DNA from: a virus
DNA: 48,242 bases
Reading direction: 5' to 3' (one strand)
Virus record (IMG/VR): IMGVR_UViG_3300045988_148808
Coordinates: 1-48,242 of that record
Positions within the stretch are counted from its first letter, which is position 1; the number at the start of each line of letters is the position of its first letter. Below are positions 35,525 to 43,652 of the stretch, piece after piece. A program made the translations under genes and the position numbers. The notes beneath the pieces are model-generated. The model worked only from the letters and a program-made list of their open reading frames with translations, did no database searches and was not told where the DNA came from.

Positions 35525-35977
35525 ATGCATCAAAAATTGCTTGTCGGAATTGCTGGCCTGATTGTCGGACTGACTGCCGGGTGGTTTGCAAACGGCTGGC
35601 GGCTCAATGCGCAAATCGAAGCGACAGCCGCCGAGCACGCGCAAGCGCTCCAGCGTGCCGAGCAGGAAGCCAGATCAAAAGAGCAGGAATGGCAATCTAC
35701 TCACAATAAACTGCAAGCAAAATACGAGAAGGAAAAGAAAAATGCTGAATCCAAAATCGCTGATCTGCGCCTCCGCGTGCGCTCTGGTACTGTGCGCCTG
35801 TCAGTCCCCGCCCGTGGCTGTGCAGTGCCCGGAAATCCCGGAGCTGCAACTGGAAAAACGCGAGCCGAACTTGACGGAAAGACTGCTGACGATCTTATCT
35901 CTATCGCAGCCGACGGAGACGCAGCAATCCGGGAGCTGAATCTGTGTATTGATCAGTACAAAAGTGTTTCGCCATAA
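35525..35977 (+). CDS. Rz: i-spanin (Rz-like)
   Basis: N-terminal TM LLVGIAGLIVGLTAGWF, coiled-coil body, embedded lipoprotein ORF in the +1 frame. GGAG SD before ATG 35525. Confidence 0.8.
   Translation: MHQKLLVGIAGLIVGLTAGWFANGWRLNAQIEATAAEHAQALQRAEQEARSKEQEWQSTHNKLQAKYEKEKKNAESKIADLRLRVRSGTVRLSVPARGCAVPGNPGAATGKTRAELDGKTADDLISIAADGDAAIRELNLCIDQYKSVSP
35742..35939 (+). CDS. Rz1: o-spanin (Rz1-like lipoprotein) embedded in Rz
   Basis: MLNPKSLICASACALVLCAC-QSPP has a lipobox, followed by a Pro-rich short mature part. Lies entirely within the Rz ORF. Confidence 0.8.
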   Translation: MLNPKSLICASACALVLCACQSPPVAVQCPEIPELQLEKREPNLTERLLTILSLSQPTETQQSGS

Positions 35978-36198
35978 AAAATAATAGCTAGTATTTATCA
36001 GGTGTTTGAGCTGATTGTTTTTTGTGCATGGCGAAACGAAAATTTAACTAACCTATTGATTTTAAATAATTTATAAACTGCCTTCTAAGCCGTAGGTCAG
36101 TGGTTCGAATCCACTAGGGCAGGCCATTAAAATCAATCACTTATCATCATTCCCGACTTTCTTTGCATCTTCATGGCGAAACACCTGTTTCGCCATAA
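35965..36198. promoter_or_regulatory. attP region: tRNA-like core flanked by arm-type repeats
   Basis: ATGGCGAAAC or its complement at 35966-35975, 36028-36037, 36173-36182 and 36187-36196. The 13-mer TGTTTCGCCATAA is at 35965 and 36186. Confidence 0.6.
36077..36126 (+). other. 3' half of a tRNA-Arg(TCT)-like sequence (attP core), not a complete tRNA gene
   Basis: Anticodon loop CTTCTAA, variable loop AGGTC, T-arm AGTGG-TTCGAAT-CCACT, acceptor 3' strand AGGGCAG, then G-CCA. No D-arm or 5' acceptor upstream. Confidence 0.75.
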
Positions 36199-37253
36199 CC
36201 GGTTTTACCGTCTTGCCTTTTTGCTGTCGTATGTAGATTTCCGTCGTTCTGGTATTGGTGTGCCCCAGCAGGTTGGATGCCTCGACGATGCCGTAAATGT
36301 CCCTTATGTCTGTTGCCGCTTTGGCGCGTAAATCGCGGAACTGAAAACGCTGGAAGGGTATTCCTCGTTCTTCGGCTTCTTGTTGCGCAGCATCTCTTGC
36401 TTTATTGAAGTGGTAGCGGAAATATCCGTCATTGTTCAGCATGTGTCCGGCCGGATCCGCCAATATCAACATACTGACCACACCACGTTTTTTGATCCTG
36501 TCCAGGACATTCGCCAGTTCTCCAGTTATTTCTATTCTCAGCTTTTCTCCGGTCTTGTTTTGGGTAATTTCCAGATATCCGTTTTTGATGTTATCCCAAC
36601 GCAATTTTTTGACATCTGTCGGTCTTTGACCAGTCAGATAGGCAATATCCAGGGCATCGCGTAATACATCTTTCGAGTGTTTATAAACGAGTGCCAGTTC
36701 TTCATCTGATACATATATTTTTCGTTTTTCGTCCACTTTCATTTGACGTGTCAATCCTGTAACCGGGTTGATTACTGTCATGTATCCTCTTGCAATCGCC
36801 CAGTTGCAAAAAAAGAAATTTGATTTCTTTTTTTGCACTGGCTTTGGATGACCGACGATAATAATAAGGCATGATTTGTGCTGGCCGGATATCATCAATA
36901 TCCATTGGACCATACACCGGAGCAAGAAATCGCCAATATGTTTTCCTGTCTTTAATGGTTCGATCCGACAGTCCGGATTCTTTTCTGTTTTCAGCCCAAA
37001 CCATGTATTTCTCGAAGACAGCCTGAAAAGAGTTTTCTGTCACGACGGGGTGATGTTCTTGTCCTTCCAGTTCTGCCCATCTTATTTTCGCTTTGGGAAG
37101 GTCGCTGCCCAAAGCGATGGTTTTGCGTTTCCCGTTTTTGTCGCGAGGGAGTTCGTAAAAATAGTAGCGTTTTTCGTCTCCTCGTTTGTTTTTACGGATA
37201 CGCACGACCATGTGCTGTGGCAAATCAAGATGTTTTTTCTTGATGGCTATCAT
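36137..37253 (-). pseudogene. int: tyrosine integrase interrupted by a 1-nt frameshift
   Basis: N-part ORF 36702..37253 (arm-binding-type N-terminus) and C-part ORF 36137..36925 (LTGQRPTDV...LLGHTNTRTTEIYIR) overlap in different frames. A7/T7 runs lie at 36808-36834. Confidence 0.85.
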
Positions 37254-37462
37254 TACGCAACCTTACTAAAATCCGGAAATGATTTTTTTATTTGAGGTTG
37301 TAAACTCATTTTTTCACGACAATAGCTACGACTGACAACAGGGTATCCATTTGCATTTTTTGCAAAATGCCATCCGTTCGTCGTCAGCCACCGAATTTGT
37401 GCGGATTTTTTTGTCCTTCCGGTTAAAAAGGCCAGTTCATCCTGATTCAGAAATTCGTCCAT
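37253..37462 (-). CDS. xis: excisionase-like protein (DUF4224-like)
   Basis: ...LNQDELAFLTGRTKKSAQIRWLTTNGWHFAKNANGYPVV... Its stop overlaps the int start. Confidence 0.6.
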   Translation of the reverse strand: MDEFLNQDELAFLTGRTKKSAQIRWLTTNGWHFAKNANGYPVVSRSYCREKMSLQPQIKKSFPDFSKVA

Positions 37463-37471
37463 AACACCTCT

Positions 37472-37840
37472 TTAAATCTTTGAACTATCTCCAGATAGGC
37501 GAAAAATTTTTTCCAGGTGGACTGGTGGCTTGTTATGCGATCTGACATAATCCCAGTCCATCTCAAAAAAACCATTTGCGTTGAGTGGAGTAAGGTTAAA
37601 AGCCTCGTATGGTCCTATTATTTCTGTGAGGCTTTCCCATCGAGGTTCAAGAAATCCTTCCTTTTTCACCCATTCCGTCTGTACGCACACAGCTCCGTAG
37701 CCCTCGTGTGGAGCTATACGGCATAAACATGGATCGCCGAAAATTTTATCAATCACCCTGGACAATTCTTCCCAGCTTCTTGCGAAAGCCGTCCCGCAGA
37801 CATCTGGTCTGTCCTTATATTGCACGTACACCATTATCAT
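37472..37840 (-). CDS. hypothetical protein
   Basis: Start ATG 37840 behind GGAGAG (the track starts at TTG 37852). No motif recognised. Confidence 0.5.
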   Translation of the reverse strand: MIMVYVQYKDRPDVCGTAFARSWEELSRVIDKIFGDPCLCRIAPHEGYGAVCVQTEWVKKEGFLEPRWESLTEIIGPYEAFNLTPLNANGFFEMDWDYVRSHNKPPVHLEKIFRLSGDSSKI

Positions 37841-37882
37841 TTTTCTCTCCAATCGCGGCCGAGATTGCCGATGATGATTACT

Positions 37883-38146
37883 TTATTTAGTGACGCCATT
37901 TTCCGCTTCCTTTTCCAGTCTTTTCGCAAGGTCCAATGCACTATCGAAAACGATTCCTAAAATTTTCAGCTTCACCGTATCGATCTTTCCCGCAAGAACA
38001 CAAGACAAAACTAATGTCGAGACTTGCACAGATACCGCGTCCTTTTCTTGTTCATTGAATTCAGGATTTTCACAAATTTCACGGGACATTTTTTCCGCTA
38101 GGTCTTTTATAAAATCAGCTTTCGCGTTTTCTTTTTTCGTCATCAT
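37883..38146 (-). CDS. hypothetical protein (88 aa)
   Basis: Likely start MMTKKENAKADF. The longer track ORF overlaps the methylase 3' end. Confidence 0.45.
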   Translation of the reverse strand: MMTKKENAKADFIKDLAEKMSREICENPEFNEQEKDAVSVQVSTLVLSCVLAGKIDTVKLKILGIVFDSALDLAKRLEKEAENGVTK

Positions 38147-38151
38147 AAAAA

Positions 38152-38616
38152 TCAAATATCGCTTAAATTGCCACAATGTGCTGGCAGCTTTACTGTGACA
38201 GTTCCTTCCAAAAATTCCGCAAACCGCTTCTGTATGCCTTTTCCCGGTTGGATATGCCCGACAACAACAAAGTCTCTCAGCCGTCCCATATCTTCTTTTG
38301 TTACGCGGAAACATTCAGAAAATCCTTGTCGTATATCGTTCTGCCAGTCACCGGACAAAATGCCGTATTTCTTGCCGAGCCACGATTGCGGTCCGGCATG
38401 GACAAGATGAGGCGGATCAAAAACAACCAGATGAAATGTCTGATCCGGAAAGCCCATATGACGGAAGTCCTGAATAATGTCCGGCCTGATTTGCAGTACA
38501 CGTCCATCGCACAGGACATGTTCTTCGGTTCGGTTGTCAGCAAATACGGTCAACGGGTTTTGCTTGTCAAACCAGAACATTTTTGAGCCACAACAGGCAT
38601 CGAGTATTGGTTTCAT
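38152..38616 (-). CDS. small SAM-dependent DNA methyltransferase (N6A/N4C type)
   Basis: Motif I LDACCGSKMFWFD and motif IV FDPPH. Confidence 0.7.
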   Translation of the reverse strand: MKPILDACCGSKMFWFDKQNPLTVFADNRTEEHVLCDGRVLQIRPDIIQDFRHMGFPDQTFHLVVFDPPHLVHAGPQSWLGKKYGILSGDWQNDIRQGFSECFRVTKEDMGRLRDFVVVGHIQPGKGIQKRFAEFLEGTVTVKLPAHCGNLSDI

Positions 38617-39449
38617 CTGATCTCCATATACGCCCTGATTACTTCCGCCGCGACTTGCGGGACGATTGCATTGCCGTAGGCCTGCAATGCGCCCACTCTG
38701 CCGGATATCCCATGAGCCATCGGGACAATTCCGGATTCAACTGGCCGCCAGCGTTGGTCTCGGCAATAAATCCAGTCAGCACCCGACCAAGGCGATTGAT
38801 CCGAGTTCCCGGTTCCAGCACTTGCGCCGGCAGACCGTTCCTCGGGTCTTGCGCCATATCTCCCTGTTTTTTCGCGTCGTTCGCACGGGGTGTCGCCCAT
38901 GCTGCAAGCAGGCAAAAGTCGTTCAGATTGCTCCCGTGCCGTGTCTCTCTCATTGCCCGTTTCGACTGTCCGCCGCTCTTCCCGTCCCGGGATTGCGGTG
39001 TCGGCCACGCCGTAATCCACACCGTCCGTCCCAACAGCGCATTGACATGGACATTGGCTTCCGCACCGTCCTTGTGGTCTCTCGTCGTCGGAGTGGGCCA
39101 GCTTGCCAGAAAAACCGAATCTTCCAGTCTTGCTTTCCGATCCAGCGCCCTGTCCGGGTTCCCGGTCGAATGTCTGCGTGGCGTCGGCCACGAACCACAA
39201 CCGTTGTCGGATATGCGGCGCACCGACGCACGCAGCAGGCAGACCGACCGACCCGACGGCGTATCCTTCGCCTTCCAGGTCAGTTTGAACAAGATCGAGC
39301 CATCCGTGGTTAATCGCTGCCTCAACCTGCTCGCCAAAGACCGTGACAGGGCGGCACTCCCGGATGAGGCCGAACCAGACCGGCCAGAGGTGCCGGTCGT
39401 CCTGCATTCCCTGTTTCTTTCCGGCTGCGGAAAACGGCTGACAGGAGAG
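38613..39449 (-). pseudogene. DNA cytosine-5 methyltransferase remnant (5'-truncated, motifs in two frames)
   Basis: Frame A: (TAA)LSCQPFSAAGKKQG MQDDRHLWP...VFGEQV...GAPHIRQRLWFVA...QAYGNAIVPQVAAEVI. Frame B: 4x W(P/A)TP repeats and LNPELSRWLMGYPAEW. No motif I. Confidence 0.75.
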
Positions 39450-40298
39450 TTATGCAAACGGATTGCCGAAGAAGAACGGTTGACCGCATTCCGCTTTAAT
39501 CTTCTGGATGATCGTGTCCGTCGCGGCTTTCATGGTCAGATCGGGCCGCACCAGTTCATACCAGAAAACAACCTTGCCTTCACGGTGACGGTAGCGGAGC
39601 CGTGCATTGATCTGATAGGCGTCTCCCCCGAAATAAACCGGAATGCCGATTGCAAACTTGTCGAACACTCTCATCTGTTCAACCGTGCCTTTGTCGTCGT
39701 CCTGGACGAATGTCATGTTGACGCCACCGTTTTGCAAGCGCACCGACGATTTGAAACGGTAATCCTGTTTGGCCTCGAAGTTGAGGGCCATATTGAGAAT
39801 TTCAGCACTGGACGGATAGCCATCCGGACTGGCGATGTCCGCCTGATTGTTGTCAAGAAACTCTGCGAAATCAACCTGAGACATGACCGTTCTGTTTTTG
39901 CCTGCCCACCGCAGATACTCCGGCGAGAACTGCGGCGCATAGTGGGCGACATGGTCGCGCCATGCCTGTTCATCCTCTTTTTCACCGTGATCGTTGATGA
40001 CAGCCTGAAATTTCGCCTTGTCCTCCGCATAATCAACGTCGGCCCAGATGGTGCAAGCGGTCAATGAGCCGTGACGTTTGACGTATCCGATAAAGCTGTC
40101 CGTGTCGTTCAACGATACAATTGCTTTTTTACGCCGCGGCTTCTGGAGCAGGGCCTCATTGTCGCAATCCTGTACTTCCCATCCTTTCGGGACAGCGATT
40201 TTCCGGAACTGGATTTCATCGTTTTGGTAAACGGTAATTGGTTGCGGTGCGTTCTCGAAAATTGTCTCTGCAATGTTTTTTTCTTCGTCCATTGTCAA
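39450..40298 (-). CDS. DUF2303 (YfdQ-like) protein
   Basis: 282 aa. The overall pattern ...DTDSFIGYVKRHG...MALNFEAKQDYRFKSSVRLQNGG...INARLRYR... recalls YfdQ/DUF2303. Confidence 0.75.
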   Translation of the reverse strand: MTMDEEKNIAETIFENAPQPITVYQNDEIQFRKIAVPKGWEVQDCDNEALLQKPRRKKAIVSLNDTDSFIGYVKRHGSLTACTIWADVDYAEDKAKFQAVINDHGEKEDEQAWRDHVAHYAPQFSPEYLRWAGKNRTVMSQVDFAEFLDNNQADIASPDGYPSSAEILNMALNFEAKQDYRFKSSVRLQNGGVNMTFVQDDDKGTVEQMRVFDKFAIGIPVYFGGDAYQINARLRYRHREGKVVFWYELVRPDLTMKAATDTIIQKIKAECGQPFFFGNPFA

Positions 40299-40322
40299 AA
40301 TCCTTTAAGAGTAAGAGGGAGG

Positions 40323-40664
40323 TTATTGAGCGTTTGCCGTTTTCAGCGGAGCGGCTGGAACGTCAACGGTCTTGAGGTTGAGCTTCTGCTGGTTCGGGTT
40401 ATCCGGTACCAGATTGCCTTCCGGAGTGACGAACAGCAGGGCTTCCATTGGAGCCTCTGCCGGTTTGGACAAGGTGGCTTTTCCGGTTACGGTCATGGCC
40501 CCGTTTGCAGTGGCGCGCTTGACAGTGATTTTCAGGGTGATGGAACCCTGTCCACCTTGTTCGTCAACCGCTCTGACCAGCTCGGCCATCATGTCGCTGG
40601 ATTTGTCGATAAATTCGCCACCTGCGATTTGGCGTAACGTGTCGGTTATGGGTCTTACTGACAT
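40323..40664 (-). CDS. hypothetical protein
   Basis: AAGGAG SD; in the early-left operon. No motif recognised. Confidence 0.55.
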   Translation of the reverse strand: MSVRPITDTLRQIAGGEFIDKSSDMMAELVRAVDEQGGQGSITLKITVKRATANGAMTVTGKATLSKPAEAPMEALLFVTPEGNLVPDNPNQQKLNLKTVDVPAAPLKTANAQ

Positions 40665-40878
40665 TTATTTCTCCTTTATGTATCCCCGCTTTTGTCCGGA
40701 GCGGGGGAAACCGGAAGGAAAGATAATCATGAGTAGTTAAAGCTGCGTGGTCGGTGTCACCCTCACGCCGTAGCGGTTGTTTCGTCTCCCCGTCACCGCT
40801 ACTGGACGGGGGATGAGTTTTGCTCGTCTTCGTTTGTTGGTTCGTCTGGCGGCTGATCCATCAGCCAGTCTTTCAGTC

Positions 40879-41376
40879 TCATCTGATTTCCACCCGTTCG
40901 GTCTGTTCCAGCTGACAGCCAGGGACGCTTTTGCCGTCCTTCAGGTCTTTCAGGAGTCGCCTTTTATCCAATCTTGCTGGCTCGGGTTCCGGAATTTTCC
41001 AGTACACTTCCGGTACCAGCCCATCGTCGATGATCTGCACGGCATGCGGATTCTTCTTAATCACAATATCGAACTCCAGTCCCTTGACTTTCCGCACTCC
41101 AGCGATGGTCATGCACGTCTGTAAGTACTCAAGCAAGCTTTTGCGCTTGTTCTCAAAATGCACTTTTCGCTGACACATTTCGTCGCAAGCGTTTTCCAGA
41201 GCGATGATCTTTCCCTCAAACTCTTTAACGATATAGCCTGTGGCAAGACATTTCTTTTCGAAATCGAAGCTTTCCGCCTCGATGGTATCGGCGATTGTCT
41301 TCGGGTCTTGCTCTGAGTTTTCGAGTTTGTCCTTGAGTGTGGCCACTTCGGCAGACAGCTTGTACAAGTTACTCAT
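40879..41376 (-). CDS. Siphovirus Gp157-like protein
   Basis: Likely start MSNLYKLSAEVATLKDKLE... ATGA overlap with the upstream gene. Pattern recalls Sipho_Gp157. Confidence 0.65.
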   Translation of the reverse strand: MSNLYKLSAEVATLKDKLENSEQDPKTIADTIEAESFDFEKKCLATGYIVKEFEGKIIALENACDEMCQRKVHFENKRKSLLEYLQTCMTIAGVRKVKGLEFDIVIKKNPHAVQIIDDGLVPEVYWKIPEPEPARLDKRRLLKDLKDGKSVPGCQLEQTERVEIR

Positions 41377-41795
41377 ACATTCTCCCGGACATAATTGACA
41401 CAAGCCTCCATGACTTTCCGGCTGACTTCTGTTAGTTGACGATCGTGCAGAGACAGAACAACCGGCAGGTTCCGGATAAGGTCTCCATTCAGAGACCACG
41501 TTCCTTTTTCCTTTCCTCTGGAAATCAGTAATTTCAAGTTGGCAAGCACGACAGCGAATGCTGTTTTCGCTTCACCCATATAACCTTTCGGATATTCCTT
41601 GTTCGCGAGAACCAATGCCAGATTGCAGACCGAAACGATATTCAAAACAGCCTGCCTGTTCGGTTCCCGTTTCGCCCAATCCAGAGAAAGCCAGGCGAAA
41701 AGAGACAAATCCCGTTTTTCATCCTCATCCAGCTTTCCGTTCCATGACTGGATTTGCTGCATACGCTGAAAAAGAGCGCGTTTGTCTTGTCTCAT
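41373..41795 (-). CDS. hypothetical protein
   Basis: Early-left operon ORF; no motif recognised. Confidence 0.55.
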   Translation of the reverse strand: MRQDKRALFQRMQQIQSWNGKLDEDEKRDLSLFAWLSLDWAKREPNRQAVLNIVSVCNLALVLANKEYPKGYMGEAKTAFAVVLANLKLLISRGKEKGTWSLNGDLIRNLPVVLSLHDRQLTEVSRKVMEACVNYVRENV

Positions 41796-41805
41796 AAATC
41801 ACCCT

Positions 41806-42207
41806 TCAAAAAGGAATATCGTCTGAACCGTCTTTACCTGCCTGATACGTATTTCGCTTTGTTTGCTGACCGTCATGCTTTTGGCCAAGCATCTGCATCT
41901 GATCGGCGATGATTTCAGTCTGGTAACGCTCTATGCCATTTTTGTCTGTGTAATTCCGTGTTTTCAGCCGTCCTTCCACATAAACCTGCGCCCCTTTTTT
42001 CAGATACTGTCCGGCGATTTCAGCCAGTTTTCCAAAGAAGGAAATCCGGTGCCATTCGGTCGCTTCCTTCTGCTCGCCAGTAGCCTTGTCACGCCAGCGA
42101 TCAGTCGTGGCTACTGCAATACTGGTAACCTGTTCGCCGCTCGGCAGATATCGGTTTTCCGGATCGCGACCGCAGAATCCAATAATGATGACTTTGTTTA
42201 TGCTCAT
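41806..42207 (-). CDS. ssb: single-stranded DNA-binding protein
   Basis: [41 protein letters not shown]...[14 protein letters not shown]... and an acidic tail DGSDDIPF. Confidence 0.9.
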   Translation of the reverse strand: MSINKVIIIGFCGRDPENRYLPSGEQVTSIAVATTDRWRDKATGEQKEATEWHRISFFGKLAEIAGQYLKKGAQVYVEGRLKTRNYTDKNGIERYQTEIIADQMQMLGQKHDGQQTKRNTYQAGKDGSDDIPF

Positions 42208-42854
42208 TGCTTTTTCTCCAGTATCGCTTTCAGGCGGTCATATTCTTTCTTGATTGACGGACGATCTTTTGGATTCGCCTTTTTCCATGCATCGCCAAAG
42301 ATGGCTTGCAGTTCCTCAACGGTTGATGCGTCACCCATTGCTGTGAAAACGTCTGTCCAGTCATCCGGGTCTTCCAGATCGTCAAAATCAGACTTCGGCT
42401 GAATGGGCTCCTGTACCGTTGCGTCAGGGTCATTGTCTCCCTCTGTCGGTATGGCGAATGTTTGGAAACAGGCGTATTTATATGCAGCACTCATAGCCTT
42501 GTTGGTTGCTTTGTCCCCGCTGTCCATCGCTTCGCCGAACGTCCGCGCCGTATGCTTTGACCCGTCGTCTGCCGATACAAAGTCAAACTCCGCCTCAACC
42601 GTCACGTAAAACAGTGCGGCTCCCTTCGTGCTTTTTCGCTCGACACAATCCCGCGATACCATGCGAGGGATAATGCACAGGTGATGTTCTGCCAACAGGG
42701 GGGAAATCACGTTATACACATCATCAATACCCCGAAAGGCATACATCGGCTTGTTGTTCCAGTCCTTCGCCTCGCGGTTTTTTGTGATACCAATCTTTGA
42801 CAAGGCCGCTTGTACCGCATTGATCGCGGCATAGACGTTTTTCGTGTCGCTCAT
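42204..42854 (-). CDS. erf: ERF-family single-strand annealing recombinase
   Basis: ...[23 protein letters not shown]...[20 protein letters not shown]...[23 protein letters not shown]. Confidence 0.85.
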   Translation of the reverse strand: MSDTKNVYAAINAVQAALSKIGITKNREAKDWNNKPMYAFRGIDDVYNVISPLLAEHHLCIIPRMVSRDCVERKSTKGAALFYVTVEAEFDFVSADDGSKHTARTFGEAMDSGDKATNKAMSAAYKYACFQTFAIPTEGDNDPDATVQEPIQPKSDFDDLEDPDDWTDVFTAMGDASTVEELQAIFGDAWKKANPKDRPSIKKEYDRLKAILEKKQ

Positions 42855-43012
42855 GCTATCTCCTTGACCATTTCGCGGGCTGCCTCAATGTTTTCCGGTT
42901 GTAACCAGTAAGCCCCGTCACGGTACGAATGCGCCGGATTGTCATCCCTGTCATATTCAGGCGAAAGGATGTAAGTGTCACCGAGATAGTTTTTAGCTTG
43001 TGTCAATGTCAT
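42851..43012 (-). CDS. small hypothetical protein (53 aa)
   Basis: Likely start MTLTQAKNY. ATGA overlaps with both neighbours. Confidence 0.45.
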   Translation of the reverse strand: MTLTQAKNYLGDTYILSPEYDRDDNPAHSYRDGAYWLQPENIEAAREMVKEIA

Positions 43013-43110
43013 GCTATTGCTCCTCTGATGATTTCCGCAGCAATCCAGAACAGGCCGATATACAATGCCCATCCAATACCGGTAAAAAGTTCAAGCATCT
43101 TTTTCATCAT
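43009..43110 (-). CDS. 33-aa hydrophobic peptide (below the ORF-track cutoff)
   Basis: Own translation: MMKKMLELFTGIGWALYIGLFWIAAEIIRGAIA. Its stop overlaps the next start (ATGA). Confidence 0.35.
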   Translation of the reverse strand: MMKKMLELFTGIGWALYIGLFWIAAEIIRGAIA

Positions 43111-43186
43111 CAAATCAACCTTCAGAAAATCCGGTTTTTTTTATCTGGATCCGGAAACCAGACCGGCCGACGCGCATCAGCCGGTG

Positions 43187-43519
43187 TTAATCGTTGCAGG
43201 AGTAATATCGGGCCTGCTCTTCTGCTTCCCTGGCACGTTCGTCTTCTTCGTCTATGATTTGTACTGCCAAGTTTTCGGCGGCATCATTCCAGTACGCCCA
43301 GATGGAGTCTTTGATCTGGTCGCTTGTCATCTGGGAGGCGTCGAAAGTTTCCAGCGCTTCAGAGATGTTTTCCGGTGTAGCAGGGTTGAAATCGCCTGCA
43401 AGAAGCTCCTCAACAACCTTGTTGACCCGATCACAAAAATGGCCGTAGCGATCCTGCTGTCTTTCGTATGCGGCCAGATCAGCCATCACTGGACAAAAAT
43501 CTCTTGTTGTGTGTGCCAT
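43187..43519 (-). CDS. first early-left gene, hypothetical acidic protein
   Basis: GGAG SD; lies directly downstream of the predicted PL. Confidence 0.55.
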   Translation of the reverse strand: MAHTTRDFCPVMADLAAYERQQDRYGHFCDRVNKVVEELLAGDFNPATPENISEALETFDASQMTSDQIKDSIWAYWNDAAENLAVQIIDEEDERAREAEEQARYYSCND

Positions 43520-43552
43520 TTTTTACTCCGTCATTGTTTAGCTGATGAAGTA

Positions 43553-43581
43553 ATTATAAGATTACTGATATTATAAATCAA
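43553..43581 (-). promoter_or_regulatory. early-left promoter candidate (TTGATT-17 nt-TATAAT on the minus strand)
   Basis: Plus-strand AATCAA 43576-43581 and ATTATA 43553-43558. It abuts the palindrome ATAAGTA-N11-TACTTAT (43581-43605). Confidence 0.55.
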
Positions 43582-43652
43582 TAAGTATAATGATACTGTA
43601 CTTATGTTTTTCTGATAAAATTGATGCAGGTCAATTTTGAAGGGTAGGGTAA

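Noticed and set aside
36077-36126. Functional tRNA-Arg gene
   Set aside because: Only the anticodon arm, variable loop, T-arm and 3' acceptor strand are present. The upstream sequence is A+T-rich with no D-arm or complementary 5' acceptor strand. This is typical of an attP core, not a gene.
38152-38314. Possible frameshift in the 3' end of the small N6A/N4C methylase
   Set aside because: An alternative frame reads ...FGRNCHSKAASTLWQFKR, which vaguely resembles the C-terminus I remember for this family. That frame runs without a stop into the next gene. The annotated ORF is intact with motifs I and IV. The evidence is recollection only.
38583-40067. 494-aa plus-strand ORF, the longest ORF in this part of the window
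   Set aside because: It lies antisense to the recognisable DUF2303 and C5-methylase sequences. Its translation is Arg/Ser/Pro-rich low-complexity with no motif. The region looks G+C-rich, so stop-free shadow frames are expected.
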